Assembly: GCA_963728565.1 (NCBI GenBank)
Contig: CAVSLC010000024.1
Span: 1-48,615 of the forward strand
From: an uncultured delta proteobacterium
GTDB taxonomy: Bacteria > Desulfobacterota > Binatia > UBA9968
Direction of reading: 5' to 3'
Length of the DNA stretch: 48,615 bases
The translations under genes and the position numbers were made by a program. Below are positions 39,829-48,615 of the stretch, one piece after another. The first letter of the stretch is position 1, and each line of letters opens with the position of its first letter. Below the pieces are notes generated by a model. The model saw nothing but the letters and a program-made list of their open reading frames with translations. It searched no databases and was not told the DNA's origin.

Positions 39829-40471
39829 GAGTGGAAAGTATCACTGCCGGAGTGCTCAGGCAAATTTCTCTGACCTGAATGAACCTATGATGATTTAGAC
39901 ATAGCGCCGGTGAAGCTATGCAGCTGATGTTCAGAAGCGCCTACGTATACCCTTGAAACCTGTAAGGCTCGACAAGCTAGATTCTTATTAGGAGCGATCC
40001 TTGCCTTGACAATCTCCAGCCCCTCTCCTATAGCTGATTCGATTTAGTTTCGCCATGGAATCTAGGACGAGCCATAGCATTCCCATAGTCCAATAGGTCA
40101 CGGCGGAAATCGGTAGCGCGCAGTCGTTATGCCGGCGGAGAGCGGAGGTTCATGCCTGTACTTGGGTGTCCTCGACTTGGCTGTCACGTACAGATTTCGG
40201 TGAATAGAAATTCCAAAGTCTTTCGGCGCATGCGTCAAATTGTTGGATTTACCATCACCTAGAGTGGCATGCCCTAACGTATTCAATCAGCAACTTTGGC
40301 TCTGAGCATACCCTGATCGAGAGCGAGTTCTCCATGCGCTATGCGCCGCGCCTGTAGCATCCGTGCAGAAACCAAGATCGAAATTCGGCGAGAATGGAGC
40401 CGGCGAAAATCCTTGCAAGCTTCTCAGCCTAACAACTAAAGACGTTCCACATCGATTTCTTCGGAGGCAAT

Positions 40472-41416
40472 ATGCGCTTTGTCACTTTTATTCGCAAAAA
40501 TGAACAACGCCTCGGACTGATGGGGCCCCAAAATCAGATCATCGATCTGGCGGAGATCAATCGCCGTTTTTTGAAAAACGGCAATGCCTCCTACCTTGCG
40601 AGCATGCAAGCCTTCATCGAAGGCGGTTCTAAAGCAATTCAGGTTGCACGTCAGGCCGACAAATTTGTCGCCGCTAAAAACATCGCAGATCAAAAGAAAC
40701 TCGCTGCTGTGGGGGCGTTGGTACGGGCCAATCATGGTAAAATTATTGCACCCGTTCCCGTCCCGAAGAAGAACGTCGTCATGCTCGGCATCAATTACCG
40801 CGAACATGTCGACGAAGGCGCCAGAGCGCGCTCGCTTGACATAAAATATCCGGATTATCCGGTATTTTTCACCAAACCTTCTACTAGCGTCATCGGACAG
40901 TTCGGCAAAGTCATCCATCATAAAGTCACTGAGAAACTAGATTGGGAAGTCGAATTGGCCGTGGTTATCGGCAGGCGAGGCCGTGATATTCCTAAGGAGA
41001 AAGCTTACGACTACGTTTTTGGTTACACTGTATGTCTGGATATGACCGCGCGTGAACTACAGCGTCAGCATGGGCAGTGGTTCAAAGGAAAATCGTTGGA
41101 TACTTTTTGCCCTATGGGACCTTGGATCGTTCACAAGAGCGCCCTTAAAGACCCGCAGCAAGTGCAGCTTATCTGTCGTGTCAACGGTGAAGTGATGCAA
41201 GACGGCAACACACGAGACATGATCTTTGATATCCCGACAACCATAGAATCGCTGTCCCAGGGGTTGACCCTCGAGCCGGGAGACATGATCAGCACAGGAA
41301 CGCCTTCGGGTGTTGGATTTGCCCGGGTTCCGCCGGTGTACTTAAAGCCGGGAGATAAGGTGGAGGGGGAGGTGGAAGGTATCGGAGTTCTACAAGTCGA
41401 GATCGTTGCGCCTTAA
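40472..41416 (+). CDS. Fumarylacetoacetate hydrolase family protein
   Basis: GINYREH, FFTKP, DWEVEL, WFKGKSLDTF.PMGP, TGTPSGVG. Confidence 0.92.
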   Translation: MRFVTFIRKNEQRLGLMGPQNQIIDLAEINRRFLKNGNASYLASMQAFIEGGSKAIQVARQADKFVAAKNIADQKKLAAVGALVRANHGKIIAPVPVPKKNVVMLGINYREHVDEGARARSLDIKYPDYPVFFTKPSTSVIGQFGKVIHHKVTEKLDWEVELAVVIGRRGRDIPKEKAYDYVFGYTVCLDMTARELQRQHGQWFKGKSLDTFCPMGPWIVHKSALKDPQQVQLICRVNGEVMQDGNTRDMIFDIPTTIESLSQGLTLEPGDMISTGTPSGVGFARVPPVYLKPGDKVEGEVEGIGVLQVEIVAP

Positions 41417-41473
41417 TAGCGCACCACCGGCTTGTCTACTTGAAGATAACAGCTCCGTTCGCCGTCATTGAAG

Positions 41474-41503
41474 AGTCACTTACCGGGAACAGTCACTTAC
41501 CGG
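41474..41503. repeat. 13-bp direct repeat, two copies
   Basis: AGTCACTTACCGG at 41474 and 41491. Confidence 0.8.
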
Positions 41504-41591
41504 ACGAGCGGTGAAGGGCGTAAGACCTAATGATAGGAACCTTCGATTTCTGGAACGGAGTTGACTCGGTTTTCATGCTCTGTTAATTGTG

Positions 41592-41692
41592 CAACCAAGC
41601 TAGGGGTGTCTACTTAAGTCGGACTGAGAGCCTGCCACGCGCAGGTAACCCTTCGAACCTGATCCGGTTTGCGCCGGCGTAGGGAAGCGTGA
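41592..41692 (+). ncRNA. TPP riboswitch
   Basis: GGGGTG...CTGAGA...ACCCTTCGAACCTGATCCGGTTTGCGCCGGCGTAGGGAAG, upstream of thiS-thiG-thiE. Confidence 0.93.
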
Positions 41693-41740
41693 AAGTCATG
41701 GTCCCGTTTTGATTCTTTAGGCAGACGGGACAAGCTTGAG

Positions 41741-41789
41741 ACCGTATTCCCAACCACCGTTCGGTGGTCAAAGTGAATACGGTTTTTTT
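41741..41789 (+). terminator. Intrinsic terminator, the likely riboswitch expression platform
   Basis: ACCGTATTC/GAATACGGT outer stem, ACCACCG/CGGTGGT inner stem, then a T7 tract right before the thiS ATG. Confidence 0.75.
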
Positions 41790-41990
41790 ATGAAGATCCA
41801 TATCAACGGAGAAGAGAAAGAAATCGCCGAGGGCCTCAACATAGCGGGACTACTGGACCAATTAGAACTTCGGCCGGGTCGAGTTGTGGTAGAGCTTAAC
41901 CGCGCAATCGTTTCGCGTGAGACGCAGGAATCGACCTCGTTGAAAGAGGGAGACGTGCTCGAGATTGTCCACTTTGTGGGTGGAGGCTAA
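41790..41990 (+). CDS. thiS: Sulfur carrier protein ThiS
   Basis: MKIHINGE...VVVELN...[10 protein letters not shown]-terminus. Confidence 0.95.
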   Translation: MKIHINGEEKEIAEGLNIAGLLDQLELRPGRVVVELNRAIVSRETQESTSLKEGDVLEIVHFVGGG

Positions 41991-41994
41991 AGCT

Positions 41995-42768
41995 ATGCAA
42001 GATGTATTTAAGTTGGGCGAAAGATTCTATCAGTCACGGTTGATCGTCGGAACGGGAAAGTACAAGAACTTTGAAGAGACCAGGAACGCGATCGAAGTCT
42101 CTGGAGCTGAAATTGTCACGGTTGCCGTACGTCGGGTGAACATCACGGATCCTCACAAGGAAAATCTGCTCGACTACCTCAGTCCAAACAAATACACGAT
42201 TCTCCCGAACACCGCCGGCTGTTACACTGCTGACGATGCCGTTCGTACGTGCCGATTAGCGCGAGAAGCGGGTGTTGGCAATATGGTAAAGTTGGAAGTA
42301 ATAGGCGATGATAGAACCCTTTTTCCAGACGTGCCTGCTACTTTGGAAGCCGCCAAGGTTCTGGTAAAAGAAGGATTCATCGTGCTTCCGTATATAACCG
42401 ACGATCCAATCACCGCTCAGAAACTTCAAGACATAGGGTGTGCCGCAGTCATGCCGCTGGCTGCGCCCATCGGCTCCGGATTAGGCATCCGCAACCCTTA
42501 CAATATTCGTATCATTCTCGAACGAGCCACGGTTCCAGTTATCGTTGATGCAGGCGTCGGAACTGCTTCGGACGCAGCGATTGCCATGGAATTGGGCTGT
42601 CATGGAGTGTTGATGAACACAGCCATTGCTAGCGCCCGAGATCCGATCCTCATGGCAGAGGCGATGCGCCTCGGTGTCGAGGCCGGCCGCAAAGCTTTTC
42701 TGGCTGGTCGTATCGGCAAGAAACTCTACGCCACCGCTTCCAGCCCTCTCGAGGGCATTTTGGCTTGA
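41995..42768 (+). CDS. thiG: Thiazole synthase
   Basis: [42 protein letters not shown]. Confidence 0.96.
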   Translation: MQDVFKLGERFYQSRLIVGTGKYKNFEETRNAIEVSGAEIVTVAVRRVNITDPHKENLLDYLSPNKYTILPNTAGCYTADDAVRTCRLAREAGVGNMVKLEVIGDDRTLFPDVPATLEAAKVLVKEGFIVLPYITDDPITAQKLQDIGCAAVMPLAAPIGSGLGIRNPYNIRIILERATVPVIVDAGVGTASDAAIAMELGCHGVLMNTAIASARDPILMAEAMRLGVEAGRKAFLAGRIGKKLYATASSPLEGILA

Positions 42769-42778
42769 GGCACCGCAA

Positions 42779-43408
42779 GTGCCAAAGCCCGACTTCAAGT
42801 TGTATCTGATCACTGATCGAACTCAGACCAAAGGACGTGACTTACTCTGGCTACTAGAGCAAGCTCTTGATGCCGGCGTTAAAGCGATCCAGCTAAGGGA
42901 AAAAGATCTCGCTGGCCGGGATCTGTTCTTATTGGCCGAGAAAGCCAGCAAACTTTGTCAAAATTACGGTTCCTCATTGTTTGTCAATGAACGTGTCGAC
43001 ATTGCCTTGGCCGTGAACGCCGCGGGAGTACAGTTAGGAAAAGCCTCAGTGCCCATCGCCCTCGCGCGAGAACTGTTCGGAGCGCAAAAAATGATTGGAG
43101 TGTCGACGCATTCTCTTGATGAAGCCTTAGAAGCCCAACAGCAAGGCGCGGACTTCCTCTTATTTGGACCGGTTTATTTTACCCCCTCCAAAGCCCCCTA
43201 TGGCGCGCCGCAAGGTGTCAACAAACTAAAAGAAATCGTGGAGAAACTCTCGCTGCCGGTTTATGCTATCGGCGGTATCAAGATGGAAAATATTCTCGAT
43301 CTCAGATCGATCGGTGTTGCTGGGGTAGCGCTCATTTCTGCAATCATGAGTTCCGATGCTCCCAAAAAAGCAACACGCGACCTTTTGCGAATGATTGGAA
43401 GCGCGTGA
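42779..43408 (+). CDS. thiE: Thiamine-phosphate synthase
   Basis: LYLITD, IQLREK, IGVSTH, GPVYFTPSK, AIGGI. Confidence 0.9.
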   Translation: MPKPDFKLYLITDRTQTKGRDLLWLLEQALDAGVKAIQLREKDLAGRDLFLLAEKASKLCQNYGSSLFVNERVDIALAVNAAGVQLGKASVPIALARELFGAQKMIGVSTHSLDEALEAQQQGADFLLFGPVYFTPSKAPYGAPQGVNKLKEIVEKLSLPVYAIGGIKMENILDLRSIGVAGVALISAIMSSDAPKKATRDLLRMIGSA

Positions 43409-43710
43409 AAGAGACTGCGCAGCAAGTCTTGGATTATCTCACAGGATCGCTGCTGGTGACCTTGGCCGTGGCATTCGTCGCCGGCTGGGCTGCCAGCAAG
43501 ACGGTCGCAAGCGAGTGGCGTTCAGGGGTTATCGTGTGGCTGTTCGTAGGTGTGGCCGGTTTATTCCTCAGCCAGTTCATATTGCTTTTCTCTGGTCTGC
43601 AGGATTATATTGAGGGCATCTCTGAATTCCGAATCTTGTTTGATCTGATCGCCGCTTACGTTGCATCATTTTTTATCGCGGCTTTAATTCACTTCGTAAG
43701 ACCCCTCTAG
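43405..43710 (+). CDS. Small membrane protein (3 TM)
   Basis: Hydrophobic 101-aa ORF overlapping the thiE stop (GTGA). Confidence 0.7.
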   Translation: MKETAQQVLDYLTGSLLVTLAVAFVAGWAASKTVASEWRSGVIVWLFVGVAGLFLSQFILLFSGLQDYIEGISEFRILFDLIAAYVASFFIAALIHFVRPL

Positions 43711-43786
<76 letters not shown>

Positions 43787-43797
43787 ATACCAAGTCG

Positions 43798-43848
43798 GCC
43801 GCGGAAATCCCGGCGCCTTGATACCGATCGAGCTTTCCGCGGCTTTCT
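43798..43848 (+). terminator. Hairpin downstream of the tRNA
   Basis: GCCGCGGAAA...TTTCCGCGGC followed by TTTCT. Confidence 0.45.
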
Positions 43849-43956
43849 CACCTTCTATGATGCAAGTTTGGGCGGGCCGCGGATTTCAGTCGCTATTGAC
43901 GAAAAGCCGGTGGAGCAATAAAAACAAATCAACCTTGATGGAGTACTGCTCTGTCT

Positions 43957-45387
43957 ATGAAGAGTCACGACAACCTGCTCGGATCTCCTGCAGCCGAGAG
44001 TGACAGCATCATCCTCTGCTCCACCAGTCAAGGCTACAACGTCAGAGCCACCCCGCTTCGAATAACACGCGATGTGGTGGTTTTCGAAGTCTACAACCCC
44101 TACAGCATTCTTCAGCTCTCGGAGGTTTTAACAGCGTTTAAAATAATCGTTAACGATCAGTCGATTTATTCCGGTCGTGCAACGGTGAGTAATCTGGTTA
44201 ATACAGGCATTATGCTCGTCTGTGAAGCCAGCCTCGAAGATGGCTGGTCGGACACCGATCTTCTCAGCCTGGTATCTCAGCCAACCAAATTGCGCGAGGA
44301 TTTCAGAAGCTTTCTCCGACAATGCGAGAGGATTCACAGCATTCAACCCCAATACAAAGTGGTTGTCGCAGATATGCAGAACTATTTCACAGAGCTCAAG
44401 CGCTGGCTCGAGCACGTTGAATTAGGTATCCGCTCCTTGCCGTCCGGCGACCGTTCGAAAACGGAATCTTCGGTGATCCATGAATTAGCGCCTAATCTTT
44501 TGCCATCCATCGACTCACTGTTCGGTCGTTTTGAAGAAACAGCCGCCGACGTGCCTGTACAGCTCCTACCAAGCCATAGAAACTATGCTAAGCGTCAGCT
44601 GCACCCCCATCTACTATGCTCCCCCTTCGCGTACCGAACCTACCACAAGCCGCTAGGCTACGCGGGTGATTATGAGATGGTAAACATGATCCTGAGAGAT
44701 CCAAATGAGGGAAGCACTCTATTTTCAAAGATCATAAACGCCTGGTTCCTGAGCCAAAGTCCGGCGGGAGCACACCGGAATCGCATCAGTTATCTAACGC
44801 GGCTTTTGGTAGGTGAAACTTCGCGTGTGCGGCGGAATAATAAGGTTGCAAAAATCTTCAACCTTGGATGTGGGCCAGCTAGCGAGATCCAGAGTTTCCT
44901 CATTCAGGAGGAAGTATGCAATGACGCCGCGTTCGTCTTACTGGATTTTAATGAAGAAACCGTTCAACACACGGGCAGGGTTCTTGAAAATCTTAAGACT
45001 AAATACAACCGTAAAACCAGCATTGAGGTTATAAAAAAATCCGTTCACCACGTTCTCAAGCAAGTGCATCGTCCGACACCGGGCTATGATATGGTGTATT
45101 GCGCTGGAATCTTTGACTATCTCTCGGATCGAATATGCAAGCAGCTAATGAACATTTTCTACGAGCTGCTTGAACCTGGAGGACTGCTCGTTGCCACCAA
45201 TGTGGAATCTTCAAATCCGTCACGAAACGGCATGGAGTATTTACTGGAATGGCATCTGATCTATCGCACTCCGCTTCAACTCCAAGGCTTAATGCCGGAT
45301 CGGGCTCCTCCCCGAAGTTTCACTCTTAAAACCGATGACACTGGTATCAATGTATTCCTCGAGGTACGAAAGCCCGATGACGCCTGA
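43957..45387 (+). CDS. PhcB-like SAM-dependent methyltransferase (hydroxy-fatty-acid methyl ester signal synthase-like)
   Basis: KPLGYAGDYEMVN, AHRNRI, NLGCGPA SAM motif, YCAGIFDYL, MEYLLEWHLIYR; followed by sensor kinase and response regulator genes. Confidence 0.78.
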   Translation: MKSHDNLLGSPAAESDSIILCSTSQGYNVRATPLRITRDVVVFEVYNPYSILQLSEVLTAFKIIVNDQSIYSGRATVSNLVNTGIMLVCEASLEDGWSDTDLLSLVSQPTKLREDFRSFLRQCERIHSIQPQYKVVVADMQNYFTELKRWLEHVELGIRSLPSGDRSKTESSVIHELAPNLLPSIDSLFGRFEETAADVPVQLLPSHRNYAKRQLHPHLLCSPFAYRTYHKPLGYAGDYEMVNMILRDPNEGSTLFSKIINAWFLSQSPAGAHRNRISYLTRLLVGETSRVRRNNKVAKIFNLGCGPASEIQSFLIQEEVCNDAAFVLLDFNEETVQHTGRVLENLKTKYNRKTSIEVIKKSVHHVLKQVHRPTPGYDMVYCAGIFDYLSDRICKQLMNIFYELLEPGGLLVATNVESSNPSRNGMEYLLEWHLIYRTPLQLQGLMPDRAPPRSFTLKTDDTGINVFLEVRKPDDA

Positions 45388-48052
45388 CGTTCCGATCCAG
45401 CACGAAGAGGAATTTGAGCAAGCATTTATCTCGCGCGAACGACAAGATCGCATTCGCAGCGGAAAAGTCGCCTGCGCCTTGGTGATGTTCCTTATGCCCG
45501 CGGGAGTCATTCTGGACCTTTGGGTTTATCCGGAACGAGTGCGCGAATTTTTTCAGCTGCGCTTAATCTGCTCGGTGGTGGCAGCGGGCTGGTGGACTCT
45601 TCACCAAACGTCTTTTGGCCTGCGGCATTACCGCTTGCTCGGTGTTCCGATAGCTATTCTTCCGGGATTCTTTATCGCTTGGATGATCTCAGTCACCGAA
45701 GGTCCAACCTCACCTTATTACGCCGGACTCATTCTTGTGCTCCTTGCGGTCAATGCGATCGTGCACTGGAGTACGGTCGAGTCTTTGTTGGCTCTGGCGG
45801 CTCTTTATCTTTTTTATCTGGTGGCTTGTGCCCGCTGGCCCATCGCGGAAGAGCAGGGAATATTTTTTAACAATATCTATTTCTTGGTGCTTACAGGAAT
45901 TATCGTGGTGATCGGCAATTATCTTTACAATCAGCTCCAGCTCCGCGAGTTCGTGTTGCGCTTCGAGTTGAGCCAAAACCGACGAACACTTGAAGAGGCC
46001 AATCAGAAGCTAATTGAATTGGACCGCGTCAAGAGCCAATTCTTCGCCAATGTGAGCCATGAGCTGCGAACGCCGTTAACTTTGTTGTTGACCCCGCTGC
46101 AAAGCCTAATCCAGGAGCATGAATCGGAGCTAGCGTCGCCCACCCGGGACTTGCTGCTGATCATGCAAAGCAACGGCATGCGACTTTTGAAGCTAATCAA
46201 CGATCTGTTGGACCTCGTACGCCTAGAATCCGGCAAAATGGAGGTCAATTCAGAGCCGGTGGACGTCGACCGCCTCGTTCACGGCGTTGCCAACGCAGTA
46301 AAAAACACCGCTCAAGATCGCGCCATCGAGATTGAGGTAACGATCGACCCCAATGTTGGCACGGTAGTCGCCGATAGCGATAAACTCGAAAGGATTTTGC
46401 TGAATCTGCTGTTTAATGCTATCAAGTTTACGCCTGCGGGCGGGAGCGTTGAAATCGGAGTGACGCGCGCCGAGCGCGAATTGCTTCTGGTGATTTCCGA
46501 CAGTGGTGCAGGCATCAGCCAGGAACAGCTGCCGTTTATTTTCGACCGCTTCTGGCAAGCGGATACCTCGGCGGAACGAAAGAACCAAGGATTAGGTATA
46601 GGGCTCGCACTGGTGCGAGAGCTGGTTGAAATTCAGGGCGGTCGCGTGAGTGTCGACAGCGAGCTTGGCAAAGGAACCCGATTTACCATCCGGTTGCCAT
46701 ATAACGAGATAGATCGCCGATCCACCGAAACGAAACCTTCCGACAGCAACGCATCGCCCCGAGTTTCATCAGACTCGGATAGAGGTGACAGAAAGCTGGG
46801 GGCGATCGATCGACAGGCCGAGCTTTACCCATCTATGGCACTTCTCAAAGCAAGTCTTCGGCCAGTGGGGAACGAAACGGACAGCAAAAAACCGCGGGTT
46901 CTGATTGCTGATGATGAGCCTGACATGCTGCTGTATTTGAAGTCACAGTTGAGCCTCAACTTCCAAGTGATCGAGGCGGTTGACGGCCGCCAGGCGATTG
47001 AGAAAGCGAGCCAATTTTTACCAGATGTGATCGTCTGCGATATGATGATGCCTGAAAAGAGCGGCCTCGAGGTTTGCCGAGAGCTCAGGGAGCGCAGTTC
47101 CACGAAGACGACTCCCATTCTGATGCTTACCGCTAGGGCCGACGAGGAAACTAAGCTTACGGCTTTAGCGGCGGGAGCAAACGATTTCATCACTAAACCG
47201 TTCTCTACGACCGAGCTACGGGTTCGATTAAAGAACCTGGTGGACACATTTCATTTACAACAGAAATTGATGCGGCAAAATCAAATTCTCGAAGCGACGA
47301 TTGAGCAGTTAAAAGAGACGGAGGTGCAGCTGGTTCATTCAGAGAAGCTAGCTTCGCTTGGTCGAATGAGCGCCGGTATCATCCATGAGATTAACAATCC
47401 GCTCAATTACGCAAAAACGGGGCTCTATGTACTTCGCAATACTATCGAGTCGCCAAGTACTGATGACAAGGAAGCTTCGTTAGAAGTGCTGCAGGATATT
47501 CAGGAAGGGATCGATCGAATCGATAGGATCGTATCAGATTTACGTACTTTTACTCACCCCAACGTGACGCAAATCGAAAGGATTCAAATCGCGGAGCTGG
47601 TGACATCTGCATTACGTTTTTTGAGTCATGAGCTACAGAACAAGATTACAATTGAAAACGAGATCTCTAGTGACCAGACAATCTGGGCCAATCGCAACCA
47701 GGTTACACAAGTGCTGGTAAACCTGCTGCAAAACGCTGTATATGCCGTGGAAAGAAAGGCGAACGCGGAAAAACCGCCGACAATTTGGCTGAGAGCCCTC
47801 GAAAGTTATGAGCATAGTTTGCTTGTTATCCGTGACAATGGCGAGGGAATTCCACCGGAGAACCTTCCAAAGATTTTCGATCCATTTTTCACCAGTAAGG
47901 ATGTCGGAGAAGGTATGGGACTTGGGCTGAGCATCTGCTATCGTATCATGCAGCAGCACGGAGGATCCATCGAAGTCCGGAGCGAGCCGGGTGTTTACTC
48001 GGAATTTACCCTACGTTTTCCACGTGCGGCAGACGGCATGGCGGCTGCTTGA
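45377..48052 (+). CDS. Membrane hybrid sensor kinase TM-HisKA-HATPase-REC-HisKA-HATPase (PhcS/PhcR-like)
   Basis: About 5-6 TM segments, HELRTPL, NAIKFT/GLGIGL, REC (DDEPD, DMMMP, KPF), second HEINNPL, DPFFTSK/GMGLGL. Confidence 0.9.
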   Translation: MTPDVPIQHEEEFEQAFISRERQDRIRSGKVACALVMFLMPAGVILDLWVYPERVREFFQLRLICSVVAAGWWTLHQTSFGLRHYRLLGVPIAILPGFFIAWMISVTEGPTSPYYAGLILVLLAVNAIVHWSTVESLLALAALYLFYLVACARWPIAEEQGIFFNNIYFLVLTGIIVVIGNYLYNQLQLREFVLRFELSQNRRTLEEANQKLIELDRVKSQFFANVSHELRTPLTLLLTPLQSLIQEHESELASPTRDLLLIMQSNGMRLLKLINDLLDLVRLESGKMEVNSEPVDVDRLVHGVANAVKNTAQDRAIEIEVTIDPNVGTVVADSDKLERILLNLLFNAIKFTPAGGSVEIGVTRAERELLLVISDSGAGISQEQLPFIFDRFWQADTSAERKNQGLGIGLALVRELVEIQGGRVSVDSELGKGTRFTIRLPYNEIDRRSTETKPSDSNASPRVSSDSDRGDRKLGAIDRQAELYPSMALLKASLRPVGNETDSKKPRVLIADDEPDMLLYLKSQLSLNFQVIEAVDGRQAIEKASQFLPDVIVCDMMMPEKSGLEVCRELRERSSTKTTPILMLTARADEETKLTALAAGANDFITKPFSTTELRVRLKNLVDTFHLQQKLMRQNQILEATIEQLKETEVQLVHSEKLASLGRMSAGIIHEINNPLNYAKTGLYVLRNTIESPSTDDKEASLEVLQDIQEGIDRIDRIVSDLRTFTHPNVTQIERIQIAELVTSALRFLSHELQNKITIENEISSDQTIWANRNQVTQVLVNLLQNAVYAVERKANAEKPPTIWLRALESYEHSLLVIRDNGEGIPPENLPKIFDPFFTSKDVGEGMGLGLSICYRIMQQHGGSIEVRSEPGVYSEFTLRFPRAADGMAAA

Positions 48053-48062
48053 GGGAGAGCTT

Positions 48063-48615
48063 ATGGAACCGGCCTACGATTATCGCAAGTGTACGCTGCT
48101 TTACATCGATGATGAGGAGATGGCTTTAAAATACTTTACCCGCGCCTTCGAGAACAGGTTTCCGATCTTACCGCGCTTAATGCCGCGGATGGCTATAGGC
48201 TTCTGGACGAAAATCGCGAGCGGATTGGCCTTGTGATCACGATCAACGAATGCCGGGGGAAAAAGGCGTTCAGTTCCCAGAACGCGCCGACAGCTTCATC
48301 GAAGGGCGATTCGTATTTTTACCACCGCATACTCCGATCTGAATGTAGCTATCGAAGCGGTCAACTCAGGCGCTATTACGAATATGTCACGAAACCCTGG
48401 GGCATACCTCAATTTGAGGTAACCCTCCAACGCGCCGTAGAGTTTTCTGAGTCGAGCGAAAACGCGATCTTCTTCTCGAAGAGAAACTCTCCGGCGCCGG
48501 AGCTCACCAATACTTATCACCGATCGGGCGCTGACTCTGGGCAATTTTGGCCGGTCGCTTCGGGCACTATTTGCGGAACTCTTCGGCAGCGGTCCAGACC
48601 TTCATCGAATCTCGC
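48063..48615 (+). CDS. Response regulator (PhcR/PhcQ-like); frameshifted and truncated by the window end
   Basis: LLYIDDEEMALKYF; in shifted frames DQRMPGEKG, TAYSDLNVAIEAVNSGAI and KPW. Confidence 0.75.

Noticed and set aside
43787-43956. Integrase or att site of a prophage or island at tRNA-Thr
   Set aside because: No integrase ORF or duplicated tRNA 3' end is visible in the window.

Overview
Core-type bacterial chromosomal segment with about 45 genes. The gene content and protein style suggest Candidatus Binatia/Binatota (inference). Housekeeping genes include a Lon-like protease, bepA-like M48 peptidase, ychF-like ATPase, ribBX, panE, moxR, mltG, glgP, polA, dacA, holA, a TPP riboswitch with thiS-thiG-thiE, and tRNA-Thr(CGT). 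Frameshifts cluster at both window ends and also break holA and dacA, so they are most likely read errors. Highlights: (1) a tight MarR-linked operon (28067-34673) joining a divergent DHAP-shunt trio (nucleoside phosphorylase, MtnA-like isomerase with a duplicated C-terminal domain, class II aldolase) to an SCP2 lipid carrier, an acyl-CoA ligase and a CCG Fe-S oxidoreductase, a candidate undescribed pathway for nucleosides with a hydrophobic 5' substituent; (2) a phcB-like methyl-ester quorum-sensing locus with a double-kinase sensor just after tRNA-Thr; (3) an actinobacterial-type Pol I with Tyr at the F762 position; (4) a cytochrome c with a contracted CxCH haem motif; (5) a standalone LeuA/CimA allosteric domain; (6) two paralogs of an uncharacterised helical family; (7) a candidate structured intergenic RNA at about 6541-6641. 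No CRISPR array, transposase or integrase was seen.
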